A DNA stretch of 60,414 nucleotides, filler included. It is 7 parts of 7 records of this genome, joined end to end, with 100 filler letters (N's around TTAATTAATTAA, not from the genome) between each part and the next. Parts side by side here need not be neighbours in the genome. Positions count along the whole stretch, not along the records: positions 16,512 to 22,997 come from SRR31156797_13373; positions 23,098 to 28,123 come from SRR31156797_13375; positions 28,224 to 40,997 come from SRR31156797_13385; 4 more parts are not named here. One strand, given 5' to 3'. Below the pieces are notes generated by a model. It was not told the DNA's origin. It saw only the letters and a program-made list of their open reading frames with translations, and did no database searches. Shown piece by piece: positions 20,269 through 29,760 of this stretch. The translations under genes and the position numbers were made by a program. Within the stretch, counting starts at the first letter, position 1, and every line of letters begins with the position of its first letter.

Positions 20269-21102
20269 ATGCTTAAAACCTATTTCTTTATTCCTGCAAC
20301 AAGAAAAAAGTTCATTGACAAAATTCCGGTATTATGCCCGGATGAGTTTGTCTTTGACCTTGAAGATGCTATTGCAGAAAACGAAATCGAAACTGCTTTT
20401 ACCAATCTGGAAGCTGTTGAAGAGAGAGAAAAGTATATTGTAAGACCCAGACTATTTTCATCAACTGGTAAATTGAGAAACAAAACGCTTGAACGCCTAA
20501 TCGATATGGGCTTCAGTCGGTTTTTTATTCCCAAAGCCAACACCCAGGAGATGCTGGATGACTTACTTAATGTATTTCAATATTACGAAATTGAGCATTT
20601 GGAATGGTATTATCTCATTGAGTCTCCAACTGCATTAATGCAGGTAAAAGAAATGGCACTCTCTGGCAAATATCCGTTTAAAGCACTCTGCCTGGGGAGT
20701 CAGGATTATGCTGCAAATTTAGGCATGGCCTATTCCTTAGACAATATTAGCTGGGCGCGTCATTATGTGCTAAATGTTGCCAAATCATGTAATATTGAAG
20801 CTATCGATATGGCCTCTATGGTACTGGAAGACAGACCATTATTTGAACGTGAATGTCACGAAGCATTTGATATGGGTTATGATGCAAAGCTTATCGTTCA
20901 TCCGGCACAGCTAAAAGTTGTGCATGAGTTAACATATTATTCTGATGAAGAAATTGCATTGGCTAAAGCAATAAGCAAAAAAGTAAATTTTGAAGAAATA
21001 AAAGATTTCTCCGTGGTTACAATTGATGGATTGCTCTATGAGAAGCCACATATTGCCCGAATTAAGAAAATCTTAGAATCAATTGAGAAAACAAACAAAT
21101 AA
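20269..21102 (+). CDS. HpcH/HpaI aldolase / citrate lyase beta (CitE-like) family protein
   Basis: FFIPA, VFDLEDAI, IPK, LIESP, LGSQDY, GYDAKLIVHPAQL. Confidence 0.8.
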   Translation: MLKTYFFIPATRKKFIDKIPVLCPDEFVFDLEDAIAENEIETAFTNLEAVEEREKYIVRPRLFSSTGKLRNKTLERLIDMGFSRFFIPKANTQEMLDDLLNVFQYYEIEHLEWYYLIESPTALMQVKEMALSGKYPFKALCLGSQDYAANLGMAYSLDNISWARHYVLNVAKSCNIEAIDMASMVLEDRPLFERECHEAFDMGYDAKLIVHPAQLKVVHELTYYSDEEIALAKAISKKVNFEEIKDFSVVTIDGLLYEKPHIARIKKILESIEKTNK

Positions 21103-21127
21103 TATTACAGATAGCAAATTTTAACAT

Positions 21128-22060
21128 ATGAAGACATTTGGAATAATTGGCGTTGCAGGATATATTGCTGTAAGACATTTAAAAGCAATCAAAGAAACAG
21201 GAAATGATCTCATTGCTGCACTTGACAAGTTTGATAGTGTCGGGATTATGGATTCTTATTTCCCGAATGCAGATTTCTTTACCGAATTTGAAAGGTTTGA
21301 TCGACATATAGATAAATTAAAAAGGAAAAATACGCCTTTGGATTATGTTTCCATTTGTTCTCCAAATTATCTACATGATTCACACATAAGATTTGCTATC
21401 AGGCAAGGGGCCAATGCCATATGTGAAAAACCGCTTGTACTTAATCCCTGGAATGTAGAAGGATTAATGCATCTCGAACAAGAAAGTGGTTTAAAAATAT
21501 ATAATATTTTACAATTGCGCTACCACCCAGCTATTCTTGAATTGAAGAAAAAAATTGAAGCTGAACCGGATAAGATTCATGATATTGATTTATCATACAT
21601 CACAAGCCGCGGTAAATGGTATCACTTCTCATGGAAAGGAGATCCTTTAAAATCTGGTGGAATTGCCACGAACATTGGTATCCATTTCTTCGATATGCTA
21701 ACATGGATATTTGGCGATGTTGAAAAAAACATTACCCATCGATTGACCGAGACTGAAGCTGCAGGTGTTCTTGTACTCAAAAAGGCAAGAGTAAGATGGT
21801 TCTTAAGTGTTGATTTTGAAAATGTTCCTAAAGAAATTAGAGACAAAGGTCAAAGAACTTACAGATCAATTACTGTAGACGGTGAAGAAGTTGAATTTAG
21901 CGGTGGATTCACAGACTTACATACTCAAAGTTACCAGGAAATATTAAACGGGAATGGATATGGACCAGGAGATGCCAGAACATCCATTGAGATTGTTCAT
22001 GACATTAGAAATGCGCCAATCAGTCCACTGGAAGGTGATTATCATCCATTCTTGAAGTAA
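21128..22060 (+). CDS. wbpB: UDP-GlcNAcA 3-dehydrogenase (Gfo/Idh/MocA, WbpB-like)
   Basis: IIGVAGYIAVRH, SICSPNYLHDSH, ICEKPLVLNPWN, SGGIATNIGIHFFD. Confidence 0.9.
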   Translation: MKTFGIIGVAGYIAVRHLKAIKETGNDLIAALDKFDSVGIMDSYFPNADFFTEFERFDRHIDKLKRKNTPLDYVSICSPNYLHDSHIRFAIRQGANAICEKPLVLNPWNVEGLMHLEQESGLKIYNILQLRYHPAILELKKKIEAEPDKIHDIDLSYITSRGKWYHFSWKGDPLKSGGIATNIGIHFFDMLTWIFGDVEKNITHRLTETEAAGVLVLKKARVRWFLSVDFENVPKEIRDKGQRTYRSITVDGEEVEFSGGFTDLHTQSYQEILNGNGYGPGDARTSIEIVHDIRNAPISPLEGDYHPFLK

Positions 22061-22199
22061 TTGCTGATTATTATCATTTTAGCAATACGAATATTAATAT
22101 AAATTCGTGATTTATAATAATCAACATAACAAACAAGTTAGTCAACTTTTTTTGTTCAATTAAAAGAAACTAAGCACTTTTACCGCAAAATATAGAAAC

Positions 22200-22997
22200 A
22201 TGTACGAAGATATTATTAAAGGAAATAAAGTTATATCTGTTATTGGTTTAGGATATGTTGGATTGCCAATAGCACTGGAATTTGCAAAGAAAACGAAAGT
22301 AATCGGGTTTGATATCAAAGAAGACCGTGTTAAATTAATGAAAAAATCTATTGATCCCAGCCGTGAGCTGGAATCAGAAGCTTTTGAAGGATGCGATATC
22401 GAATTCACTGCAAATCCTGAAGATCTTAAAAAAGCACATTTTCATATTGTGGCTGTTCCAACTCCAATTAACGAGCATCGTTTACCAGATTTAAGACCTT
22501 TATTAGCAGCTTCAGAAACTGTTGGTAAAATCCTAAAAAAAGGTGATTATGTTGTTTATGAAAGTACAGTATACCCTGGATGTACTGAAGAAGAATGTAT
22601 CCCAGTACTTGAAGAGAAATCAGGATTAAAGTTCAATGATGACTTTAAAATTGGATTCTCTCCTGAAAGAATTAACCCTGGAGATAAAGAACATACTTTA
22701 ACGACAATTAAAAAAGTAGTATCAGGAAATGATGCTGAGGCATTAGATAATATCGCGAAAATCTATGAAATGGTAATCACAGCCGGAATTCACCGCGCTG
22801 CAACCATAAAAGTAGCCGAAGCTGCAAAAATTATCGAAAACACACAGCGTGATGTAAACATTGCCTTAATGAATGAACTTTCGATGATTTTCAACAAAAT
22901 GAATATCAATACTTTTGATGTACTACAAGCTGCCGGAACCAAATGGAATTTCTTAAACTTCTTCCCTGGTTTAGTTGGAGGACACTGTATTGGTGTT
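22200..22997 (+). CDS. UDP-N-acetylhexosamine 6-dehydrogenase (WbpO/TviB/WbpA family), 3' truncated
   Basis: [42 protein letters not shown]. Confidence 0.9.
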
Positions 22998-23097
22998 NNN
23001 NNNNNNNNNNNNNNNNNNNNNNNNNNNNNNNNNNNNNNNNNTTAATTAATTAANNNNNNNNNNNNNNNNNNNNNNNNNNNNNNNNNNNNNNNNNNNN

Positions 23098-23664
23098 CTA
23101 AAAGAGGATAAAAGTAAGTATCTAAAAGAATCTAAGCAAATTGTTATAAAAGCAATTGCTGATAGAAAAACTGAAAAATTACTTGGAGTACAGATCATAG
23201 GAGAAGCCGGAGTAGACAAGAGAATGGATGTATTCGTTACAGCTATAACTCTTGGAGGAAAAGTATCTGATTTATTCCATCTTGACCTGGCATACGCACC
23301 TCCATTCTCAACGACTAAAGATCCTGTAATGTATACAGGTATGGTTCTTGATAACGCTATTAATAATGGTAGAAAAATTCTTACTGTTGCTCAATTAAAA
23401 GCTGAAAGAAATCAATTTATAGTATTAGATGTTAGAAGTCCTAAAGATTATGACAAAGGTCATATTGAGGGAGCGCTTAATATTCCTCTGGGAAAATTAA
23501 GAGATGAAGCTGAACAATTTGATAAAAGTAAAAACATCGTTGTTCACTGTAACAAAGGAGTTACAGGTAACGCTGCTCAAAACCTGTTAATCAACTTAGG
23601 TTTTGAAAATGTATATAACCTGTCAGGTGGTTATAAAAATTACGCAATGCAAAAGAGTTTATAA
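23098..23664 (+). CDS. CoA-disulfide reductase/NADH oxidase with C-terminal rhodanese domain, 5' truncated
   Basis: LLGVQIIGEAGVDKRMDV, LDLAYAPPFS, then LDVRSPKDYDKGHIEGA...HCNKG. Confidence 0.88.
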   Translation, partial: LKEDKSKYLKESKQIVIKAIADRKTEKLLGVQIIGEAGVDKRMDVFVTAITLGGKVSDLFHLDLAYAPPFSTTKDPVMYTGMVLDNAINNGRKILTVAQLKAERNQFIVLDVRSPKDYDKGHIEGALNIPLGKLRDEAEQFDKSKNIVVHCNKGVTGNAAQNLLINLGFENVYNLSGGYKNYAMQKSL

Positions 23665-23678
23665 GGAGATTTAAATTA

Positions 23679-24365
23679 ATGAAAGTAGCTTTCTTATCAG
23701 ATATACATAGTAATCTATACGCTTTGGAAAGTGTGTTAGATGATATAAAAAAAAGAGAAATAGATGAAATTTACTGTTTAGGAGATATTGTTGGTTATCA
23801 CTCATTCCCTAACGAAGTTATAGATATGGTTAAGGATAATAATGTGATCTCTATCAAGGGAAACCATGACAAGGATATCACTGAGCTATCTCTAGAGAAT
23901 GCTCCGGAAGATATCAAAAAATGGACGAACGAAACTCTAAGTAAAGATAATCTAAATTATCTAAAAAATCTTCCAGAAGAAAAAGAGATTCAACTAAAAG
24001 ATTTAAAAATTAAACTGGTCCATGGAAGTCCTACAGGAATTACTAATTATCTTTTTGAAGATAGTGATGAGAGTAGAGAAGCTCTAAGTAATTTTGATGG
24101 AGATATTTTAGTTTGTGCTCATACTCATTTTCCATATATAAACTGTGAGGAAAACAAATGTTTAATGAATACCGGTAGTGTTGGTAAACCAAAAATTGGT
24201 GAGCCAAAACCTAGTTATATTATTTTGAACATTGAAGATAGTTCGAAGTTTAATGCTGAAATAGTTTATGTTGAATATGATCACAAAAGTGCTGCAGATG
24301 ATATGCACAAAAAAGGATTATCCGAAAAACATGCCGAGGAATTAATATTAGGTAAAGTTTTATAA
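23679..24365 (+). CDS. Calcineurin-like metallophosphoesterase (YfcE/MJ0912 type)
   Basis: SDIHSN, CLGDIVG, KGNHD, VHGSP, CAHTH, NTGSVG; AAGGAG RBS upstream. Confidence 0.9.
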   Translation: MKVAFLSDIHSNLYALESVLDDIKKREIDEIYCLGDIVGYHSFPNEVIDMVKDNNVISIKGNHDKDITELSLENAPEDIKKWTNETLSKDNLNYLKNLPEEKEIQLKDLKIKLVHGSPTGITNYLFEDSDESREALSNFDGDILVCAHTHFPYINCEENKCLMNTGSVGKPKIGEPKPSYIILNIEDSSKFNAEIVYVEYDHKSAADDMHKKGLSEKHAEELILGKVL

Positions 24366-24402
24366 AGTGTTATTTAAACTTAAATAGAGCTCGTTAATTT
24401 AG

Positions 24403-24449
24403 AAGGCTTAGAAACGTTATTAAATCGTTTCTAAGCCTTTTTTGTTTTT
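24403..24449 (+). terminator. Intrinsic terminator
   Basis: AAGGCTTAGAAACG-loop-CGTTTCTAAGCCTT perfect 14-bp stem followed by TTTTGTTTTTT. Confidence 0.85.
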
Positions 24450-24655
24450 TATCTCAGGCAGTTACACCGTGTAACTTCAAAAACCATTCTAAAGCATTTC
24501 ACAGCTTCGTTTTTAATGCTTTTATATTTTCTTTAAAAATTTAATTTTTTGATTCTTAGTTTATTTTCATGTATTCTTCTTAATGCAATTCAAAATTTCA
24601 AATAATATGTTTTTATAGAATAAAGCATTTTTATTTATTATCTGACTAATAATTC

Positions 24656-24798
24656 AAAAATACAAAAGGGTCAGACATTATATTTGATGTCCAACCCAAT
24701 ATATTAAAGCGTTCACATGCATCTTATTAAATCCATTTCTTTGACAAAAATCCATATCAGTCATTTTTAGTTGTTACGACTTCTTAATGACTTTTCTC
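24656..24798 (-). ncRNA. Candidate orphan small RNA (~140 nt)
   Basis: Bracketed on the minus strand by a near-consensus sigma70 promoter and by a terminator hairpin (GGGTTGGACAT-N8-ATGTCTGACCC, then TTTTGTATTTTTT) whose G-U pairs only form on this strand. Confidence 0.55.
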
Positions 24799-24804
24799 AA
24801 ATTT

Positions 24805-24833
24805 ATTTTATCATATAATTAATATATTTACAA
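24805..24833 (-). promoter_or_regulatory. sigma70-type promoter (extended -10)
   Basis: Minus strand TTGTAA-17 nt-TAAAAT, with TG one base upstream of the -10 box. Confidence 0.6.
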
Positions 24834-25180
24834 GTAGGCAATTTAAATTAATTTATTCGTTTTCCGATAAAATACTTTTAACTATATCAAGTAGTATATT
24901 TGTAATTTATTAATGTTTCATTTTAACTATATTATCATAATAGAATGATTTAGAAGAGAATAAATATTTAAAAAAACTAGTTTTTTTGTATAAAAACTAT
25001 GATAAAAAACAAAGTTTATCATCAAAAAATCTGTTTTTTATGAAATGAATATAATCTATGAAATGGAGTTTTGTTATTTTAATTTAAATAAATATAATTA
25101 AATATTATTTTTTAGTATATATTTTAACTACTAAATCCTATAAAGTTAATTTTTTTTAATTAGTTAAGTTGATGTTTTCC

Positions 25181-25801
25181 TTACATATCTCCGTTCCACT
25201 CACTATAAAAGTTATCTAAAAACTCTTGCATAGTTTCATGCCTTCTTTCAGCTTTTAATTTCCCATAACTAGTATTCATTCTGTTTTTTAATAATAGGAG
25301 TTTTTCATAAAAATGGCTTATTGTATCTTCATTACTCTCTGTGTTTTCAGGATCATACATAACTCTGTTTTTATACCCTCCATAAGCAAAAGTTCTCCCT
25401 ATTCCTATTGCTCCCATTGCGTCTAACCTATCTGCATCCTGCACTATCTCCCCTTCAATAGTTTGCATTTTATGCTTATTTTTTCCGCCTTTAAAAGATA
25501 TATAGTTTGCAATATATACTACTGCATCTATTATTTTTCTTTCCACATTTAAGTCTAACAAAAACTTACTGATTATATCCTCTCTATCTTCGTCACTATA
25601 TCCAAATTTATGATCAGCTATATCATGCAGGAGAGCTCCTAATTCAACTATAAATATATCTACTCCATCTTCATGTTTAGCTATATCAAGGGCATTATTA
25701 TATACTCTTTCCACATGATACCAATCATGACCTGATCCTTCTCCCAATAATTTATTTTTACAAAACTCTTTCGTTTTTTCAACAATTAACTTTTTATTCA
25801 C
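25181..25801 (-). CDS. HD-domain phosphohydrolase (YedJ/YpgQ-like)
   Basis: GHDWYHVERV, LLHDIADHK, VQDADRLDAMGAIGIGRTFAYGG, HFYEKLL. Confidence 0.9.
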   Translation of the reverse strand: MNKKLIVEKTKEFCKNKLLGEGSGHDWYHVERVYNNALDIAKHEDGVDIFIVELGALLHDIADHKFGYSDEDREDIISKFLLDLNVERKIIDAVVYIANYISFKGGKNKHKMQTIEGEIVQDADRLDAMGAIGIGRTFAYGGYKNRVMYDPENTESNEDTISHFYEKLLLLKNRMNTSYGKLKAERRHETMQEFLDNFYSEWNGDM

Positions 25802-26046
25802 TATATCAACTCCAATATATTATTTGAGTATTTTATATAAAAAATACATAAAATAAGATCTATTCTCAATATCTTAAGAATAACATAGAGTTGATTCATA
25901 ATCAATTCAAATGCTTAATTTTTAAATTCTAAAACTTTTGAAATACAAAATCAAAAACAAATATATTTATTGATAAATAATAAATTAAATGTTTAAATAA
26001 CTATAGTTATTGCTTAATAAAGAGCTTTAATAAATTTTAAAAAGGT

Positions 26047-26979
26047 GTGATGAATAATATGACAATGCAATTAATAAATCTTTTCGGTAAAATTGCTCTA
26101 ATGATGTTATTAGGTTTCTTTTTAACCAAAACAGGGGTAATGACTGAAGTGATGAAAAAAAACTTATCAAAATTATTGGTCGAAGCTGTACTTCCTATAA
26201 GTATTTTATCTTCTGCTTTCCAGCCATTTCAAATGGAAAATTTTAAAGGGATGCTAGTAGTTTTTGGATTTAGTGCTGTGTACTATGCTGCTTCTTTGGG
26301 CATACTAATACTTATGAGTAAATTTCTAAAAAAAGAGTGGAATTTTAGAAGTGTTTTTATTAATTTAATAGTTTTCGCAAATGTAGGTTTTATAGGTTTT
26401 CCCTTACTTAATGAACTGTTTGGTAAATTAGGAACTCTATATGGAGTGCCTTACAACATGGCTTATCTACTGTTTTTCTTTACTATAGGAACTTATCTAA
26501 TGGATTTAGGAAATAAGAAAAAAGGCAAAAAACAGTTTATTAACAAAATAATAGTTATCTCTGTTTTTTCAATTATTCTATATATCTTGCCTTTTAGATT
26601 ACCTAACTTTATAGGAGATACATTCTCAACTATTGGCGGGATGATGATCCCATTATCTATGATGATTATTGGTTGGGAGATTGCTGAGATGAATTTTGCA
26701 AGTGTATTTACAGATATATATTCATATATGATTTCACTTGTAAGACTTATTATTCTGCCAATTATTATGATTTTTATACTATCTTTCTTTAACTTAGATA
26801 AAACTGTTGCAACTACTATTGTTTTACTAACTGCATTACCCTCAGGTTCATTAACAGTTATAGTTTCAGAAGAAAAAAATTGTGATACTAAACTAGCTGC
26901 CAGAGGAGTAGCACAAACAACGATATTGATGCTGATAACCGTACCTGTTATTTTGATGGTTTTGGATAAAATTTTATAA
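26047..26979 (+). CDS. AEC (auxin efflux carrier)-family transporter
   Basis: About 10 hydrophobic segments; FANVGFIGFP, PLSMMIIG, ALPSG motifs. Confidence 0.85.
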   Translation: MMNNMTMQLINLFGKIALMMLLGFFLTKTGVMTEVMKKNLSKLLVEAVLPISILSSAFQPFQMENFKGMLVVFGFSAVYYAASLGILILMSKFLKKEWNFRSVFINLIVFANVGFIGFPLLNELFGKLGTLYGVPYNMAYLLFFFTIGTYLMDLGNKKKGKKQFINKIIVISVFSIILYILPFRLPNFIGDTFSTIGGMMIPLSMMIIGWEIAEMNFASVFTDIYSYMISLVRLIILPIIMIFILSFFNLDKTVATTIVLLTALPSGSLTVIVSEEKNCDTKLAARGVAQTTILMLITVPVILMVLDKIL

Positions 26980-26984
26980 AACTC

Positions 26985-27014
26985 TTGACAAGTGCGTTTG
27001 TTTGCACATATAAT
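26985..27014 (+). promoter_or_regulatory. Consensus sigma70 promoter of arsR-like gene with operator in the spacer
   Basis: TTGACA-18 nt-TATAAT; GTGC-N8-GCAC inverted repeat at 26992-27007. Confidence 0.8.
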
Positions 27015-27020
27015 AGTTGT

Positions 27021-27452
27021 ATGAGTGATAAACTATTTCCAAATGAAAATCAATTAAATAAAATCTTTGATCCTGTGGTATTCAAGATCGTCTCAGAGCC
27101 TGTGAGAACCGAAATAATCAAATTACTGGCTCTTAACGGAGTAAGTGATATCACATCTATTGCAAGTCATTTTAACCAGGATAGATCGGTTATAAGCAAA
27201 CATCTAAAGATAATGCATGAAGCTGGTTTTCTCATTAAGCAGAAAAAAGGACGGCATACCTATTATCATCTTGATGGTATGGCTCTTTTATACAGTTTTG
27301 AAGGTGTTGTGGAGAATATAAAATCAGTACTTCAGCTCTGCTGTTCTGATAATTATTCCGAACTTTACCCTGAAGGAAAAACCTATGGAGAGTTTGTAGA
27401 GGAAAACAATATAAATTTAATCGAAGACTGTAATGATAAAAATAATAAATAA
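27021..27452 (+). CDS. ArsR/SmtB-family transcriptional regulator (start revised to ATG 27021)
   Basis: FKIVSEPVRTEIIKLL...DRSVISKHLKIMHEAG...KKGRHTYY winged HTH. The ORF-track TTG start at 26985 is the -35 box. Confidence 0.88.
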   Translation: MSDKLFPNENQLNKIFDPVVFKIVSEPVRTEIIKLLALNGVSDITSIASHFNQDRSVISKHLKIMHEAGFLIKQKKGRHTYYHLDGMALLYSFEGVVENIKSVLQLCCSDNYSELYPEGKTYGEFVEENNINLIEDCNDKNNK

Positions 27453-27458
27453 TAGATT

Positions 27459-27482
27459 AAAGGCTGATTTTTTCAGCCTTTT
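27459..27482 (+). terminator. Hairpin/terminator after arsR
   Basis: AAAGGCTGA-TTTTT-TCAGCCTTTT. Confidence 0.6.
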
Positions 27483-27496
27483 AAAACAATAAATAT

Positions 27497-27512
27497 GTGC
27501 ATATATATGCAC
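27497..27512. promoter_or_regulatory. Second GTGC-N8-GCAC operator upstream of the flavodoxin gene
   Basis: GTGCATATATATGCAC perfect palindrome with the same geometry as 26992-27007. Confidence 0.65.
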
Positions 27513-27534
27513 TAAAAAACGAAAGGTGGCTATA

Positions 27535-28123
27535 ATGAAGACAGAATTATATTATTTTTCAGGTACCGGTAATGGGATTCATATATCAAAAACTATTGAG
27601 GCAAAACTATTGGAGGACAGATCAGTAAATAACCAGGTAAAACTTATCAATATAGGTTCACTGAATCTAAAAAATGATATTAAAAGTAATGCTGATATTA
27701 TTGGAATAATTTATCCGGTTTATTTTCTTGAACCTCCAAAAATAGTAGCTGACTTTGCCAAGAGATTAAAAACTGATAAAAATACATATCTGTTTTTATA
27801 TACTCATTACGGAGCTATGTATGGCAATGCTATTCATACTATTAAGCAAATTTTAGAGAAAAACTCACTTAATGTTTCTGCTGTATTTGGACAGGCTTTA
27901 CCTGACAATAGTATAATCTTTCCAACGAAACCTGAGTTAATTGATGGAATGTTAAAAGAGGGTTATGATACTGCTAAAAAAAATGCTGAATTAATAGCTT
28001 TAAGAAAAGAGAATCAAAATAGTAAATTTGAAAAGAAAAGTCTTTATTCTAAACCACTCGGCCAAATAATAAAAGGAATCTCCGTAAATTATTTAGGATT
28101 TAAAAAAATGAAAGTTGATGACA
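27535..28123 (+). CDS. EFR1-family flavodoxin/ferredoxin protein, 3' truncated
   Basis: YYFSGTGN flavodoxin start, GIIYPVY, LPDNSI; GAAAGG RBS before ATG 27535. Confidence 0.8.
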
Positions 28124-28224
28124 NNNNNNNNNNNNNNNNNNNNNNNNNNNNNNNNNNNNNNNNNNNNTTAATTAATTAANNNNNNNNNNNNNNNNNNNNN
28201 NNNNNNNNNNNNNNNNNNNNNNNG

Positions 28225-29082
28225 TTTGTTGACGAAGAAAAACGCCGCTTCGTGGTGAAGTTCTATCGCCCTGAACGCTGGACAACCGACCAAATACACG
28301 AAGAGCATCAGTTTGCTTTAGAGCTAGCAGAAGCCGAAATTCCGTTAGCTCCGCCACTGGTGATTAACGGAACCAGTCTACACCACTACCAGGGCTATCA
28401 TTTTGCACTGTTTGACAGTGTCGGCGGAAGGCAGTTTGAAGTAGACAACGAAGAGCAACTGGAATGGGTTGGTCGGTTTTTAGGTCGTATCCATAAGATT
28501 GGATCAAAGAGTACCTTCAAACACCGACCGACATTAGGTTTAGAAGAGTACCTATATCAACCTAGGAAGCTATTAGAGAATTCTCAATGTATTCCAATGC
28601 ATTTAGAAAATGTGTTCTTTAACGATCTCGATCTACTGATAAAAAAAATAGAGCAGCAATGGCCAGCAAACCACACCGACATTCGCCTTCATGGTGACTG
28701 TCATCCAGGTAATATTCTATGGCGAGATGGCCCAATGTTCGTCGATTTAGACGACTCGCGTAATGGCCCTGCAGTGCAAGATTTATGGATGTTACTCAAT
28801 GGAGAGAGACAAGATAAATTGGTTCTACTGGATATTCTACTTGAAGGTTATCAAGAGTTTTGCGATTTTAACGTCTCGGAATTGAAACTAATTGAGCCAC
28901 TACGTGGTCTACGAATGGTGCACTATATGGCTTGGTTAGCAAAACGTTGGGATGATCCTGCGTTTCCAGTTGCCTTTCCTTGGTTTAATGATCCCAAATA
29001 CTGGGAAGGCCAGGTGCTCGCATTCAAAGAACAAATAGCAGCATTAGACGAGCCTACGCTCTCACTAATGCCACAATGGTAA
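28225..29082 (+). CDS. srkA: Stress-response Ser/Thr kinase SrkA/RdoA, 5' truncated
   Basis: VVKFYRPERW, RLHGDCHPGN, VDLDD, GPAVQDLWM; adjacent to dsbA. Confidence 0.95.
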   Translation, partial: FVDEEKRRFVVKFYRPERWTTDQIHEEHQFALELAEAEIPLAPPLVINGTSLHHYQGYHFALFDSVGGRQFEVDNEEQLEWVGRFLGRIHKIGSKSTFKHRPTLGLEEYLYQPRKLLENSQCIPMHLENVFFNDLDLLIKKIEQQWPANHTDIRLHGDCHPGNILWRDGPMFVDLDDSRNGPAVQDLWMLLNGERQDKLVLLDILLEGYQEFCDFNVSELKLIEPLRGLRMVHYMAWLAKRWDDPAFPVAFPWFNDPKYWEGQVLAFKEQIAALDEPTLSLMPQW

Positions 29083-29115
29083 AGTTACCGCTTTAAAAGG
29101 AAAACGGAGTACATA

Positions 29116-29718
29116 ATGAAAAAACTGTTTGCGCTAGCTGCAACCCTGTTGGTGAGTCTTTCAGCATACTCAGCCCAATTTCAGGAAGGTGTGCACTACA
29201 AGGAACTCGATCTTACCCCATCATCAAAACCGAGTGTCGTAGAGTACTTCTCTTTCTACTGTCCACACTGTAATGAGTTTGAACCAATCATTGCGCAACT
29301 GAAGGAAAAACTTCCTGAAGGCGTGAAACTACAGAAAAACCATGTATCGTTCATGGGCGGTAACATGGGTAAATCAATGAGCAAAGCTTACGCAGTGATG
29401 ATTGCTCTTGATGTGGAAGACAAGATGATCCCGGTAATGTTTAACCGTATTCACAATTTGCGTAAGCCACCGAAAGATGACCAAGAACTGCGCCAAATTT
29501 TTACGGATGAAGGTATTGATGGTAAGAAGTTTGATGCTGCATTCAATGGCTTCGCGGTAGACTCAATGGTTCGTCGCTTTGATAAACAATTTCAGGATAG
29601 TGGTCTAACAGGTGTACCTTCTGTTGTAGTAAACAACCATTATCTAGTTCAAGCTCAAGGCATAAAAACCTTGGATGAATACTTTGAACTGGTTAACTTC
29701 TTAGTAGAGAAGAAATAA
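29116..29718 (+). CDS. dsbA: Thiol:disulfide oxidoreductase DsbA
   Basis: Signal peptide, FYCPHC, GVP cis-Pro motif. Confidence 0.96.
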   Translation: MKKLFALAATLLVSLSAYSAQFQEGVHYKELDLTPSSKPSVVEYFSFYCPHCNEFEPIIAQLKEKLPEGVKLQKNHVSFMGGNMGKSMSKAYAVMIALDVEDKMIPVMFNRIHNLRKPPKDDQELRQIFTDEGIDGKKFDAAFNGFAVDSMVRRFDKQFQDSGLTGVPSVVVNNHYLVQAQGIKTLDEYFELVNFLVEKK

Positions 29719-29723
29719 ACACC

Positions 29724-29748
29724 AAAAAGGGAGCTAGATGCTCCCTTT
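29724..29748. terminator. Bidirectional terminator between dsbA and yihG
   Basis: AAAAAGGGAGC-TAGAT-GCTCCCTTT between convergent genes. Confidence 0.8.
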
Positions 29749-29760
29749 CATTTTATTGTG

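Noticed and set aside
25891-25905. TTGAT-N5-ATCAA inverted repeat between the HD and AEC genes as an FNR box
   Set aside because: The spacing is 5 nt rather than the canonical 4, and the region is very AT-rich, so a chance match is plausible.
26985-27020. ORF-track N-terminal extension of ArsR (also the extensions of ilvD, katG, yihG and yifB)
   Set aside because: The extensions overlap promoter/RBS elements or neighbouring genes. The downstream starts match the family N-termini.
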